Shown here piece by piece: positions 39,298 through 49,398 of a DNA stretch of 64,000 bases (the first letter of the stretch is position 1; the number at the start of each line of letters is the position of its first letter). The stretch comes from a virus, in the IMG/VR virus record IMGVR_UViG_3300008117_000018, positions 47,419 through 111,418 of that record. The stretch is one strand, 5' to 3'. The position numbers and the translations under genes are program-made. The notes under the pieces were generated by a model that was not told the origin of the DNA, searched no databases, and was given only the letters and a program-made list of their open reading frames with translations.

Positions 39298-39602
39298 ATT
39301 ACCTCACATATATATCCCATACTTTCATATCTCTGAACAGCATATGTGTAAACCGAATCCAATGATTGTATCTCATTAGTGGCGTCTATACTACATAAAA
39401 TATTACCATCATGTAAATCAGTGAATATTTTGATGCCTTGATGGTATTTTTCTTTTGAATAATATATCTCAATTTCAATTTCCATATTTCTACCATTTGA
39501 ATGTGCTTTAAATCCAACTCTAGCATAAACTGAATCAAGCTCAACATCTGTACCTAATATGTGAATTTTTCTTTTTTCTGTACTCTTTATTAATAAACCC
39601 AT
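39294..39602 (-). CDS. hypothetical protein
   Basis: 102 aa, ATGA-coupled to the methyltransferase. Confidence 0.65.
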   Translation of the reverse strand: MGLLIKSTEKRKIHILGTDVELDSVYARVGFKAHSNGRNMEIEIEIYYSKEKYHQGIKIFTDLHDGNILCSIDATNEIQSLDSVYTYAVQRYESMGYICEVI

Positions 39603-39614
39603 AAAATCTTTTTT

Positions 39615-41477
39615 TTAAAAATACGTAGTTACTACAACAATCCCATCACCACCACGGCCACCAGCACCTGATACAACACCAACACCAACATTACTTGAAG
39701 CAGCACCACCACCACCTCCGCCTCCATATAGACCACCAGCGGATCCAGAACCGGCTGCAATATTACTAGAGCCTCCGCCTCCGCCTCCTTGACCAAACAA
39801 AGTTCCAGCAACTTGACTCAAAGCAAGACCACCACTTGCAGCAATAGGACCACCGTTTGTATCACCTGTAATAAATATTTGTCTTATGTTACCACCACTT
39901 CCACCAGATTGTAAAGCATTAGCCGAACTAATTGAGCCTCCGCCTCCGCCTCCGCTCGGTCCATATGGTATTTCAGCACCATCATCCGCAGTAGCAGCCG
40001 TATTCGATCTACCTCCATTAGCAGGGTTAGTTAGATAAGTATTACCAACACCTCCAATCGGTGGAAGTATACTTTTAGCAGAAGAGCCACCAAAACCGGC
40101 GCCTCCGCCTCCAGCAAAAGAAAAAGTTCCAAAAAGACTATTACCACCAGCCGAACCAGGTCTACCATTAGTTGAGTCAGTTGCTTGAGAACCACCTCCT
40201 GTACCAGATGTACCAACTGTAACCGAGACAGTAGATGGCAAATCTTGACCGATGAAATTAGTAACAGAAACACCACCACCTCCACCACCATCACCACCCA
40301 TTCTAGTAGAAGAAGCAGCACCTCTTCTACCAGAGCCACCTCCACCACCAGCACCAATAAGAATAACATTTACTAATTTAGCTCCATTTGGTTTAGTCCA
40401 AGTAGAATTTGAGGTATAAACTTGGACATTTGAAGCACTAACGTTTCCTTGACCCGACGTACCAGAAGTAGAACCTGACGTACCAGAAGTACCAGAGGTA
40501 GTTGCTTGACCTCTTGTTCCAGATGTACCTTCAGAAGCTTGAGTACCAGATGTACCAAATGTTCCACTCGTTCCACTTGTACCATTTGAACGACTTATTC
40601 CAGATGTACTAATACCACTTGTTCCAGATGTAGATGAGAGTGCAGAAAAGCCAACTATTGATGAACCACTTGTTCCAGCAGTAGAAACACCACCTGAACT
40701 TCCCGAGGTACCGGATGTTGAAACATCACCATTAGTACCAGATGTTCCTTTAGTACCGGAAGTAGCAACTTGACCCGTTGTTCCAGCAGTACCAGACTGA
40801 CCAGATGTACCATTAGTACCAGATGTACCCTGAGTACCAGATGTACCAGATTGACCAGATGTTCCAGCAGTTCCAGTTTGTACACCGGATGTACCGGATG
40901 TACCAGATTGAGTAGAAACAGCATTTGTAGTTATGTTACCTGATGTACCAGATGTCGTAAGAGAAGCATTTGCAGTTGAAATACCAAAATTACCAGATGT
41001 TCCGGATGTATTAGAGTTCCCGGATGTTCCGGATGTGTTAGATGTTCCTGATGTTCCTGATGTTGTTATTTGACCTCTTGTACCAGAGGTACTTGATAAA
41101 CCAGATGTTCCAGCAGTCGTTGATAAAGTATTATTAGTTGATATTCCAGAGAGACTACTGACTGAAGAAAAACCCTGTGTACCAGATGTTCCAGATGTTC
41201 CATTTGTACCAGATGTTCCAGATGTTCCATTTGTACCAGATGTTGCATTAAAAACAGCACCTGAGCTACCAGAAGTTGAATTCTGACCAGATTGACCAGA
41301 TTGACCATTTGTACCAGAAGTATTTGAAATACTACTATTTCCAGATGCACCGGATGACAAAGAATTTCCAGAAGTACCGCTGGTTTTAGAAGAACCATTT
41401 GTACCAGAAAGTCCATTTGTACCAGACGTTCCACTCTGTATTAAACCACTAACACTATTAATTTTAGATAACGACAT
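39615..41477 (-). CDS. Gly-Thr-Ser repeat fibre-like protein, paralog 1
   Basis: ~340 aa of SGT repeats, then [24 protein letters not shown] glycine-rich domain ending GIVVVTTYF. Confidence 0.85.
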   Translation of the reverse strand: MSLSKINSVSGLIQSGTSGTNGLSGTNGSSKTSGTSGNSLSSGASGNSSISNTSGTNGQSGQSGQNSTSGSSGAVFNATSGTNGTSGTSGTNGTSGTSGTQGFSSVSSLSGISTNNTLSTTAGTSGLSSTSGTRGQITTSGTSGTSNTSGTSGNSNTSGTSGNFGISTANASLTTSGTSGNITTNAVSTQSGTSGTSGVQTGTAGTSGQSGTSGTQGTSGTNGTSGQSGTAGTTGQVATSGTKGTSGTNGDVSTSGTSGSSGGVSTAGTSGSSIVGFSALSSTSGTSGISTSGISRSNGTSGTSGTFGTSGTQASEGTSGTRGQATTSGTSGTSGSTSGTSGQGNVSASNVQVYTSNSTWTKPNGAKLVNVILIGAGGGGGSGRRGAASSTRMGGDGGGGGGVSVTNFIGQDLPSTVSVTVGTSGTGGGSQATDSTNGRPGSAGGNSLFGTFSFAGGGGAGFGGSSAKSILPPIGGVGNTYLTNPANGGRSNTAATADDGAEIPYGPSGGGGGGSISSANALQSGGSGGNIRQIFITGDTNGGPIAASGGLALSQVAGTLFGQGGGGGGSSNIAAGSGSAGGLYGGGGGGGAASSNVGVGVVSGAGGRGGDGIVVVTTYF

Positions 41478-41487
41478 AATTTATATA

Positions 41488-43362
41488 TTAAAATCTAGTA
41501 ATGACAACAACCACACCGTCACCACCATCACCACCACGACCCGAACTAAATCCGTTAGTAGAAGCACCTCCGCCTCCGCCACCACCTCCATATAGACCAC
41601 CATCACCTCCCCTGCCTCCAGGAGTAAGCGCGATATTACTTCCAGCACCACCACCAGCACCACCTCTTCCCAATAAAGAAGCATCTGAACCAGGTCCAGT
41701 TTGACCATTTACCCCAACAGCTGCACCAGCAGCAAATATTGTACTATTATCAACCGTCAATATTGACCCACCGTTTCCTCCAGTCCCGAATACATTAGTA
41801 GCAGAAATGTTACCACCACCTCCACCACCAGTCGGTTTATAAGGAGTATCCTCAGCAGCACCACCCGATGTTCCACCATCACCAGTATTACCTGAAGTTC
41901 CTGGATAATTAACATCACCACCAATACCACCGGTACTAAATGAAGCGGTTTTACCACCATCTCCACCTCGACCACCTCCCACAGTCAAATAGACATTAGC
42001 ACCAGTAATATAATCACCAAATATAGTATCGTCACCATTATTACCATCATTACCGTTTGTGTTTATAGTTGAAATTGCAGCACCACCACCACCACCAGCA
42101 CCCGGATTACAAAGCACACTAGATGGTAGTATTGAGGCATTAATAAGAACTCTAACATGTCCTCCTGAACCACCACCAGATCCACCGAATCTTGTTCTAC
42201 CAGAAGCATTCAAAGCACCAGAACCACCACCACCGCCACCACCTATACAAATGACCTCAACCATTTTAGCACCGCTTGGTTTAGTCCATGTAGCATTTAC
42301 AGCCGAATAGGTATTAATTTGTATAGAAACAGCACTGGTACCACTTGTACCAAAAGTACCCGATGTTCCCGAAAACCCACCAGAACCGGAAGTTCCAGAG
42401 GTTCCACCAGTTTTTGAGATACCAGAAGTTCCGGATGTTTGAGATGTTCCTGAAGAACCACTAAGAGTACCAAAACCAGAAGTTCCTGAAGTAGTACCAG
42501 ATGTACCGGAAGTAGATGATAAACCAGAAGTACCGGAAGTTCTGAATGCACTAGATGTACCCGAATTACCACTATTTCCTGTTGTTCCTGAAGTACCACT
42601 ATTACCATTAGTTCCAGATGTTCCAGAAGTCGATGATAAACCAATTGTACCTGATGTACCTCGTGTACCACTAGTACCAGAACCACTTGATACACCAGAA
42701 CCACCAGAAAATGAAGAGACACTTGATACCCCAGAACTTCCTGATGTACTTGAATTTCCAGATAAAGAAGAAGTTCCAGATGTACCAGAAGTTCTACTTT
42801 GACCAGAACTTCCTGATGTACCTGTAGTTCCTGAACTACCCGATGTTCCAGAAGTAGTCAATCCAGAGGTACCGGAGGTTGACGAATTTGCGGAGGTTCC
42901 TGATGTATTTGAAGTTCCAAAAGTTCCAGAAGTTGATGAGTTATTACTCAAACCAGAAGTTCCAGAAGTAGTATTCAAACCATTAGAAAAAGAATTACCG
43001 GACGTCCCTGATGTCGTATTGACACCGGATGTACCGGAGGTTGTATTAATACCTGATGTTCCAGAAGTATTTGAAGAATTACTTATGCCAGATGTACCAG
43101 ATGTACCAAATCCTCCAGATGTACCAGAAGTATTGTTATTTCCAGATGTACCAGAAGTATTGTTATTTCCAGATGTACCAGATGTTCTAGTTAAACCGGA
43201 TGTTCCAGCGGTTGAAGATAAACCAGATGTTCCTGAAGAACTATTATTACCAGAACTACCACTAGTGCCGTTGGTTCCTGATGTACCAGAACTACCAGAA
43301 GTCGATGATAAACCAGATGTACCGGATGTATTATAATTTACACTATCTATTTTATTTATCAT
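41488..43362 (-). CDS. Gly-Thr-Ser repeat fibre-like protein, paralog 2
   Basis: Same architecture; WTKPSGAKMVEVICIGGGGGGG...GVVVVITRF. Confidence 0.85.
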   Translation of the reverse strand: MINKIDSVNYNTSGTSGLSSTSGSSGTSGTNGTSGSSGNNSSSGTSGLSSTAGTSGLTRTSGTSGNNNTSGTSGNNNTSGTSGGFGTSGTSGISNSSNTSGTSGINTTSGTSGVNTTSGTSGNSFSNGLNTTSGTSGLSNNSSTSGTFGTSNTSGTSANSSTSGTSGLTTSGTSGSSGTTGTSGSSGQSRTSGTSGTSSLSGNSSTSGSSGVSSVSSFSGGSGVSSGSGTSGTRGTSGTIGLSSTSGTSGTNGNSGTSGTTGNSGNSGTSSAFRTSGTSGLSSTSGTSGTTSGTSGFGTLSGSSGTSQTSGTSGISKTGGTSGTSGSGGFSGTSGTFGTSGTSAVSIQINTYSAVNATWTKPSGAKMVEVICIGGGGGGGSGALNASGRTRFGGSGGGSGGHVRVLINASILPSSVLCNPGAGGGGGAAISTINTNGNDGNNGDDTIFGDYITGANVYLTVGGGRGGDGGKTASFSTGGIGGDVNYPGTSGNTGDGGTSGGAAEDTPYKPTGGGGGGNISATNVFGTGGNGGSILTVDNSTIFAAGAAVGVNGQTGPGSDASLLGRGGAGGGAGSNIALTPGGRGGDGGLYGGGGGGGGASTNGFSSGRGGDGGDGVVVVITRF

Positions 43363-43373
43363 AACTATATATA

Positions 43374-45284
43374 TTAAGTAAAATAAGTTGTAACAACAAC
43401 AATTCCATTCGCACCAAAACCACCGTTTCCAAACTTATCACCACGAGGTATGTTATCGCCATTAAGACCAGCACCACCGCCTCCACCGCCTGCACCATAA
43501 AGAGCACCATTAGCACCAATACCGGATCTAGCAGCTCCTCCACCTCCTCCACAACCAATATCAGAAAAAGAATCACCCTCATTACCATCAGTTAATGATG
43601 GGTCAGTACTAGCAATTCCAGGATTACCACCTAAACCGTTGGTATATTGAACTGTACCACCATCTCCCCCGTCGAAATTAGTATTACTAGCGTTTATACT
43701 ACCACCACTACCTCCACCAGTTGGTGCTCTGAATGTGAGAGCACCAGCAACACCAATACCACCAGCACTATTTCCACCAGAACCTCCACGTTCAATATTA
43801 CCATAACCACCTGAATTGTTAGAAGTCGGAATACTAGCAGATGAACCACCTCCACCACCTCCACCACCAAAAGCAATTAGGTTACTACCAAATCCAGAAC
43901 CTAGTGCTGAAGTACCAAATATCGAATCAGTACCCGCGGCACCATCACTTCCATCTTGATTATTGGCAGTCACTACTCCTCTACTACCACCCTGACCAAC
44001 CTGAACCGTCTCTGAGTTTTGTAAATCAGAAGCCCTGAAAATAGCTCGTGAAAAACCTCCACCACCTCCACCATTACCACCCCATCGAGCAGTACTAGTA
44101 GCTGACCTTCTACCAGCACCTCCTCCTCCGCCACCACCAATACAAATCACTTCAACCTTATCTGCATTTGCAGGCTTTGACCAACTAAAAATTGTTGTAA
44201 GTGGACTAGCAATAACCGTGTAAACCTGAACATCAATAACATTCAGTGTACCGGATGTTCCAGATGTTCTTGATAAACCAGAAGGAGCAATAGCTCCTTG
44301 ACTAGTTGATATACCAGAAGTTCCACTTGTCGTAGCATTAGGAAAAGAAGATTGAAAACCAGAAAAATTTGGATTATTACCGGTAGTTCCTGAAGTACCT
44401 TGTGTACCAGATGTACCTACAGCTCTGCTAAGACCACCCGTACCAGAGCTACCAGAGGTACCATTGGTTGAATTTAATCCAGCAGTACCACTAGTAGAAA
44501 AATTGGTTGATATTCCTGTGTTACCACTACTACCAGATGTTGTGGAAAATCTGTTACCACCACTCTCTCCACTCGTACCAGAAGTTCTAGATAGACCGTT
44601 AGTAGTCAGACCTGATGTTCCATTTGTTCCTGAAACCGAAACAAAACTACTTGAGGTTCCAGACGATCCAGCGGTACTCTGTGGCGTTTGAGCAGATATA
44701 CCTGAATTTCCAAATGTACCAGATGAACCAGAGGTCAATGAAACCCTGCTTGAACCAGAATTTGATGAATTTGATGAATTTCCAGACGTACCAGAAGTTT
44801 TATTTGAACCAGATGTTCCACTTGTACCATTCGTACCTGATGTAGAAGAATTTCCAGCGGTTCCTGTAGTACCATTTGCTGAAGACTGACCAGAAGTACC
44901 GGAAGTTGAATTTGTACCAGAAGTGGATGATTGGCTTGACAAACCAGACGTACCACTCGTACCATTAGTTCCAGAAGTAGAAGAATTTCCAGCGGTTCCT
45001 GTAGTACCATTACTTCTTGAATTACCAGCCGTGCCTGATGTAGAAGAGGTACCAGCTGTTGAATTTATACTTGAAATCCCACTTGAACCTGAAGTACCAG
45101 AACTACCAGAACTACCGGATGTTGTAGATAAACCACTAGTACCTGTTGTACCAGAACTACCAGAAGTACCAGAAGTACCAGAAGTAGAACTTACTAAGCT
45201 ATTAGTAGATTGTCCAGATGTACCAGATTGACCATTTGTACCGGACGTACCAGTATCTATAACAATACCATTTATTTTCTGCAT
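43374..45284 (-). CDS. Gly-Thr-Ser repeat fibre-like protein, paralog 3
   Basis: Same architecture; WSKPANADKVEVICIGGGGGGG...GIVVVTTYF. Confidence 0.85.
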   Translation of the reverse strand: MQKINGIVIDTGTSGTNGQSGTSGQSTNSLVSSTSGTSGTSGSSGTTGTSGLSTTSGSSGSSGTSGSSGISSINSTAGTSSTSGTAGNSRSNGTTGTAGNSSTSGTNGTSGTSGLSSQSSTSGTNSTSGTSGQSSANGTTGTAGNSSTSGTNGTSGTSGSNKTSGTSGNSSNSSNSGSSRVSLTSGSSGTFGNSGISAQTPQSTAGSSGTSSSFVSVSGTNGTSGLTTNGLSRTSGTSGESGGNRFSTTSGSSGNTGISTNFSTSGTAGLNSTNGTSGSSGTGGLSRAVGTSGTQGTSGTTGNNPNFSGFQSSFPNATTSGTSGISTSQGAIAPSGLSRTSGTSGTLNVIDVQVYTVIASPLTTIFSWSKPANADKVEVICIGGGGGGGAGRRSATSTARWGGNGGGGGGFSRAIFRASDLQNSETVQVGQGGSRGVVTANNQDGSDGAAGTDSIFGTSALGSGFGSNLIAFGGGGGGGGSSASIPTSNNSGGYGNIERGGSGGNSAGGIGVAGALTFRAPTGGGSGGSINASNTNFDGGDGGTVQYTNGLGGNPGIASTDPSLTDGNEGDSFSDIGCGGGGGAARSGIGANGALYGAGGGGGGAGLNGDNIPRGDKFGNGGFGANGIVVVTTYFT

Positions 45285-45308
45285 GTCTTATATATTAAAA
45301 TACAAGTC

Positions 45309-47833
45309 TTACAATTCTATCCAATCTTGAGAAGGATTAAAATAAATTCTTCTATTTGTAGAAGTTCCTATTACATAACCTATGACTCTTACAATATTTC
45401 CAGCAGAAGAAGGCGCAGCAGCGACTGTTCTACCAGCTGTTGAAGAACTCAAAAATAATGGCTCTCCTATATTACCAACGGTGAATAAAGAAGAACGATA
45501 GAAGCCTCTTACTAACATACCATCATTGGTTGAGTTTGTGCCAATTGCAACGGCTAATAAATCATTTCCGCCATTTACCAATACATCACCTTGTGCTTTA
45601 GTCCAAGTACCACCGGTATTTAGGTAGTAAATTTCACCAGCAACAGTTGTTGTATTTCCAAAATTAACAATATCACCATAACCGGTGCTATCAGCCGATA
45701 AATAAGTATTGGATGTAGGGTCAGATATTAAATCATAACTACCAGATAATACTAAATTTGTACCATCAAAAGTAAAGTTTGGTTCACCATCTAATGTAGA
45801 AGCAGTACCAGTCATAGTAACAACTCTGTTATTAGAATTACCATTTAGTGTGACCGTCGCTGAGTTGCCAGATGTTCCAGAAGTTCCTTGGTTTGTTGTT
45901 ATAAACAATAATAAATCAATTGAATTACTAAAGTTAGTAGTACCTGTTCCACCAGAATCTATATAAGTTACCGGAAATGAATAGTAGTTATTAGAAACAA
46001 AAGTTGGATTAGAATTTACTTTCCAAGTCTGATAATTATTTGAATTTGTTCTATCTTGAATTATAATATTCTGACCAATTTGCATCAACCCTAGAAATAC
46101 ATCAATATCATCACTATTTGTAGTAAAATGATCGATGTTGATAATAGTAGAAGCTGTCTGACCTGAGCTATTCCAAATTATGAAACCTGGTCCTGGATCT
46201 CCACTGAATATTGTTGTGTTGGATTGATACGGAAATACATTGGACGAACCACCGTTTAAACCACTAGTACCGGAAGTTCCTTTAGTTCCGGAAGTTCCAG
46301 CAGTTCCATTGGCACCATTAGCACCGGAAGTTCCGGTAGTTCCATTAGCACCATTAGCACCCGAGGTTCCAGCAGTTCCGTTAGCACCATTAGCACCCGA
46401 GGTTCCAGCAGTTCCGTTAGCACCATTAGCACCGGAAGTTCCTGATGTTCCGTTAGCACCATTTGCACCAGAAGTTCCTGATGTTCCGTTAGCACCATTT
46501 GCACCAGAAGTTCCTGATGTTCCATTAGCACCGGAAGTTCCTGATGTTCCATTAGCACCGGAAGTTCCGGCAGTTCCATTAGCACCCGAGGTTCCAGCAG
46601 TTCCGTTAGCACCATTAGCACCCGAAGTCCCCGAAGTCCCAGCAGCTGAATTGATTGTTAATATGTTACCATTTGTATCAAAACCAAGAGCTCCAATAGA
46701 AGTTCCTGGAAATTTACCAGCGGTGTTATAATTAGGTAGTTGTAATTGACCAGTCAAATGATTTATTTGTAAATCAACAGCACTTGAAGTAGTATTATTT
46801 CCTTTAAGTATTCTAAAGGAGTCTTGATAGTTATCTATAGCAGAAGCTGTACCATATCCAGAACCAGATTGAAGTGTTATTTGACCACCTTCACCAGAAC
46901 CTCCTCTTGCGCCCAGAAATAAAGTAGCCTCTGTTGATGAATAAGTTGTTCCTATTAGAACGGATATTGAATTCTGTGTCGAAGACTGCGTAACTGTCAT
47001 CCATGTTGAAGCAACAGCAGCATTTGTAGAACCATCTGACAATAAAACACGTAAATTGCCAGCATTACTGATTGTGTTGAAACCTGTTCCAGAAGTACCT
47101 GATGTTCCGTTAGCACCCGAGGTTCCAGCAGTTCCGTTAGCACCATTAGCACCCGAGGTTCCAGCAGTTCCGTTAGCACCATTAGCACCAGAAGTTCCAG
47201 CAGTTCCGTTAGCACCGTTAGCACCCGAGGTTCCAGAAGTGCCATTAATTCCAGAGGTTCCGGATGTTCCCGATACCCCATCAAGACCATTTAATAAAAT
47301 CCAATCATTAAGTGAAGATGGAACATTATTATTATTATTTGCAGTGGATTGATAAGAAAACAAACCATCAATACAGCAGCACCGTTAACACCGGATGTCC
47401 CAGAAGAACCTGATGTACCATTATCTCCTTGATTACCGGAAGTTCCTGATGTACCATTATCTCCTTGATTACCGGAAGTTCCAGCAGTCCCATTATTTCC
47501 ATTAACACCGGAAGTTCCAGCAGTTCCGTTAGCACCATCTACACCAGAAGTTCCTGATGTTCCATTAGAACCTGTTGCACCCATGCCAGATGTACCTGAT
47601 TGTTTTAAAACTAAATTCCCATCTAAAATACCACCATAAAACCAATATTCTACTATGGGATCAGAACCAACAATAATACCAACCGTCAAACCTTCATATC
47701 TATAAGATGGTAATAAGTAAGTAGTTGCTGCCGAAAGAGCTGCTGATAAGTTGGCACCAGTATATGGACCATATTTGGCATCACCGGGACCTGTAGTTTT
47801 AGCTAGTATGTTATCACTTAAATTAATTGCCAT
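45309..47833 (-). CDS. collagen-like fibre protein interrupted by a frameshift near 47375 (tracked as 47291..47833 and 45309..47363)
   Basis: Both parts carry Gly-X-Y (GTS/GAN/GTA) repeats; a frame change after ..GVNGAA gives ..[12 protein letters not shown], continuous with the downstream ORF. Confidence 0.7.
46256..46645 (-). repeat. uninterrupted Gly-X-Y coding repeat ([12 protein letters not shown])n
   Basis: 9-bp-unit repeats with near-identical 36-bp blocks; a second block lies at ~47085-47285. Confidence 0.9.
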
Positions 47834-47850
47834 TTTATTCTAAATCTATT

Positions 47851-49308
47851 TTAGGAGATTGTCGCAGTTCCCAAAGTTGTTACTTTATTCGCTGGATAAA
47901 TTTTAAACGTGACAGTCCAGTAACCATCCGGTGAAACAACAGAAAGCGTTGTAGGAGAAGCAAATAAATCCGTAACACCACCAATACTTCCATTATTTAA
48001 AGCATTTTCAAACCAAGTTGTCTTCGTTGGGTAAACACTATATACAGCAAACCAAGGCCACTCACCTGAAGCATTAAATGCCATACTCAAAGAACCACTA
48101 CCAGCATTTACAACTTTTGTAAAATCAGTACCAGATTCAATTATACTAACAATTTGACTAGCCGTTTTCTGTGTAGAAGTTTTACCATAAAAATATGGAT
48201 AGTAACCAGTAATAGTCTGTGAGTTTGATGCAAAATTTGTACTAGATGCCTGAGGAGCTGAAGTTGTCCTAACAGCAGGCGTAGCACTATGAGTAATACC
48301 CTTATTATTCTTTTTTGCTATACCAGCATCATAGTCACCTGTACCAGAATAAACTATCGTGCTACTATCCCCCGAAACAGGAGCAGGCACCATTATTGAC
48401 TCAGATGTATTTATTTGATATGTTAAATTTGGGTTATTTGGATCCGCATAACCAAACTGAGCAGCAATTGAAGTAGTTGTATTTACCGTCATACTCGCAG
48501 TTGAGGTAACTGTCAATAAAGCAGTATTTCCAGCACCATTTATATTTTTATTAATAACCAGTTTGGAAAAAGGACCAGAATCATTTTCAGTACCGGTTAA
48601 AGTTATTGTTGGACTAACAGTAAGACCAATCTCTCTTATTCCTGTAACATCTGAAGAAGCTGCTATAGTAGGTATAGTATAAGTAGGACTGACAGTCGGA
48701 AACAACAAATCATCAAATAATTGGACAATTGTTTTACTATTCAAATCAGCAACCGTTGTAGTAGCTGGTATCCCACCAACTGTAGCTGGCATAGCTAAAG
48801 ATGAATCTAAAGCAGAGTTATAAATCGTATCAATTATACTATTAGTAGTTCCTGGTGTTATTTCTATTCCAGAATTATTAGAAGTAATTATATCTACTGA
48901 CCCACTACCACCACCAGTTCCTGACGAATAAGAACTAAATGTTAGACCAGTAACGCCCAATTGTATTGGATTTGAAGTATTAAGAACAAAAGTTTTATTA
49001 CCATTTATTGAGCCAGATGTTACAAAAATTTGAAGACCTTGTAAAAAATCATCATCTATACTAGAATCAGTAGATCTTGACCAACTTCCATCAGAACCAG
49101 TACCAACGACATTAACAGTATAAATACCATTCTCTATATTTGTTGTTTGATCCTTTACTAAAACTCTATAACCAACTTGTAAAGATTGACCGTCTAAAGT
49201 ATCAGGAGCACCATTACTTAAATCAACAATGTTAGTTGTTGTGGCTAAATTACATGGTTGTTTAACCGGAAGTCCTTTAATCGAAGAATAGCCTATTCTT
49301 GTAATCAT
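47851..49308 (-). CDS. virion structural/fibre protein
   Basis: N-terminal ATTTNI..LDG....G.RVLVKDQT...NGIY..W.R..D domain common in phage fibre proteins; Thr/Ser-rich. Confidence 0.75.
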   Translation of the reverse strand: MITRIGYSSIKGLPVKQPCNLATTTNIVDLSNGAPDTLDGQSLQVGYRVLVKDQTTNIENGIYTVNVVGTGSDGSWSRSTDSSIDDDFLQGLQIFVTSGSINGNKTFVLNTSNPIQLGVTGLTFSSYSSGTGGGSGSVDIITSNNSGIEITPGTTNSIIDTIYNSALDSSLAMPATVGGIPATTTVADLNSKTIVQLFDDLLFPTVSPTYTIPTIAASSDVTGIREIGLTVSPTITLTGTENDSGPFSKLVINKNINGAGNTALLTVTSTASMTVNTTTSIAAQFGYADPNNPNLTYQINTSESIMVPAPVSGDSSTIVYSGTGDYDAGIAKKNNKGITHSATPAVRTTSAPQASSTNFASNSQTITGYYPYFYGKTSTQKTASQIVSIIESGTDFTKVVNAGSGSLSMAFNASGEWPWFAVYSVYPTKTTWFENALNNGSIGGVTDLFASPTTLSVVSPDGYWTVTFKIYPANKVTTLGTATIS

Positions 49309-49398
49309 TGTTTAAAAAATTTTTATTATCTTATCTTATATATTAAATAAATAAAACCTTTTTAAATAAGAAATTGAAAAATATAAAATTAGATTTCT

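Noticed and set aside
40031-47352. Many short antisense or off-frame ORFs (VPEVP, PPPP, LVHLV types)
   Set aside because: By-products of Gly/Ser/Thr repeat codons in the long minus-strand genes.
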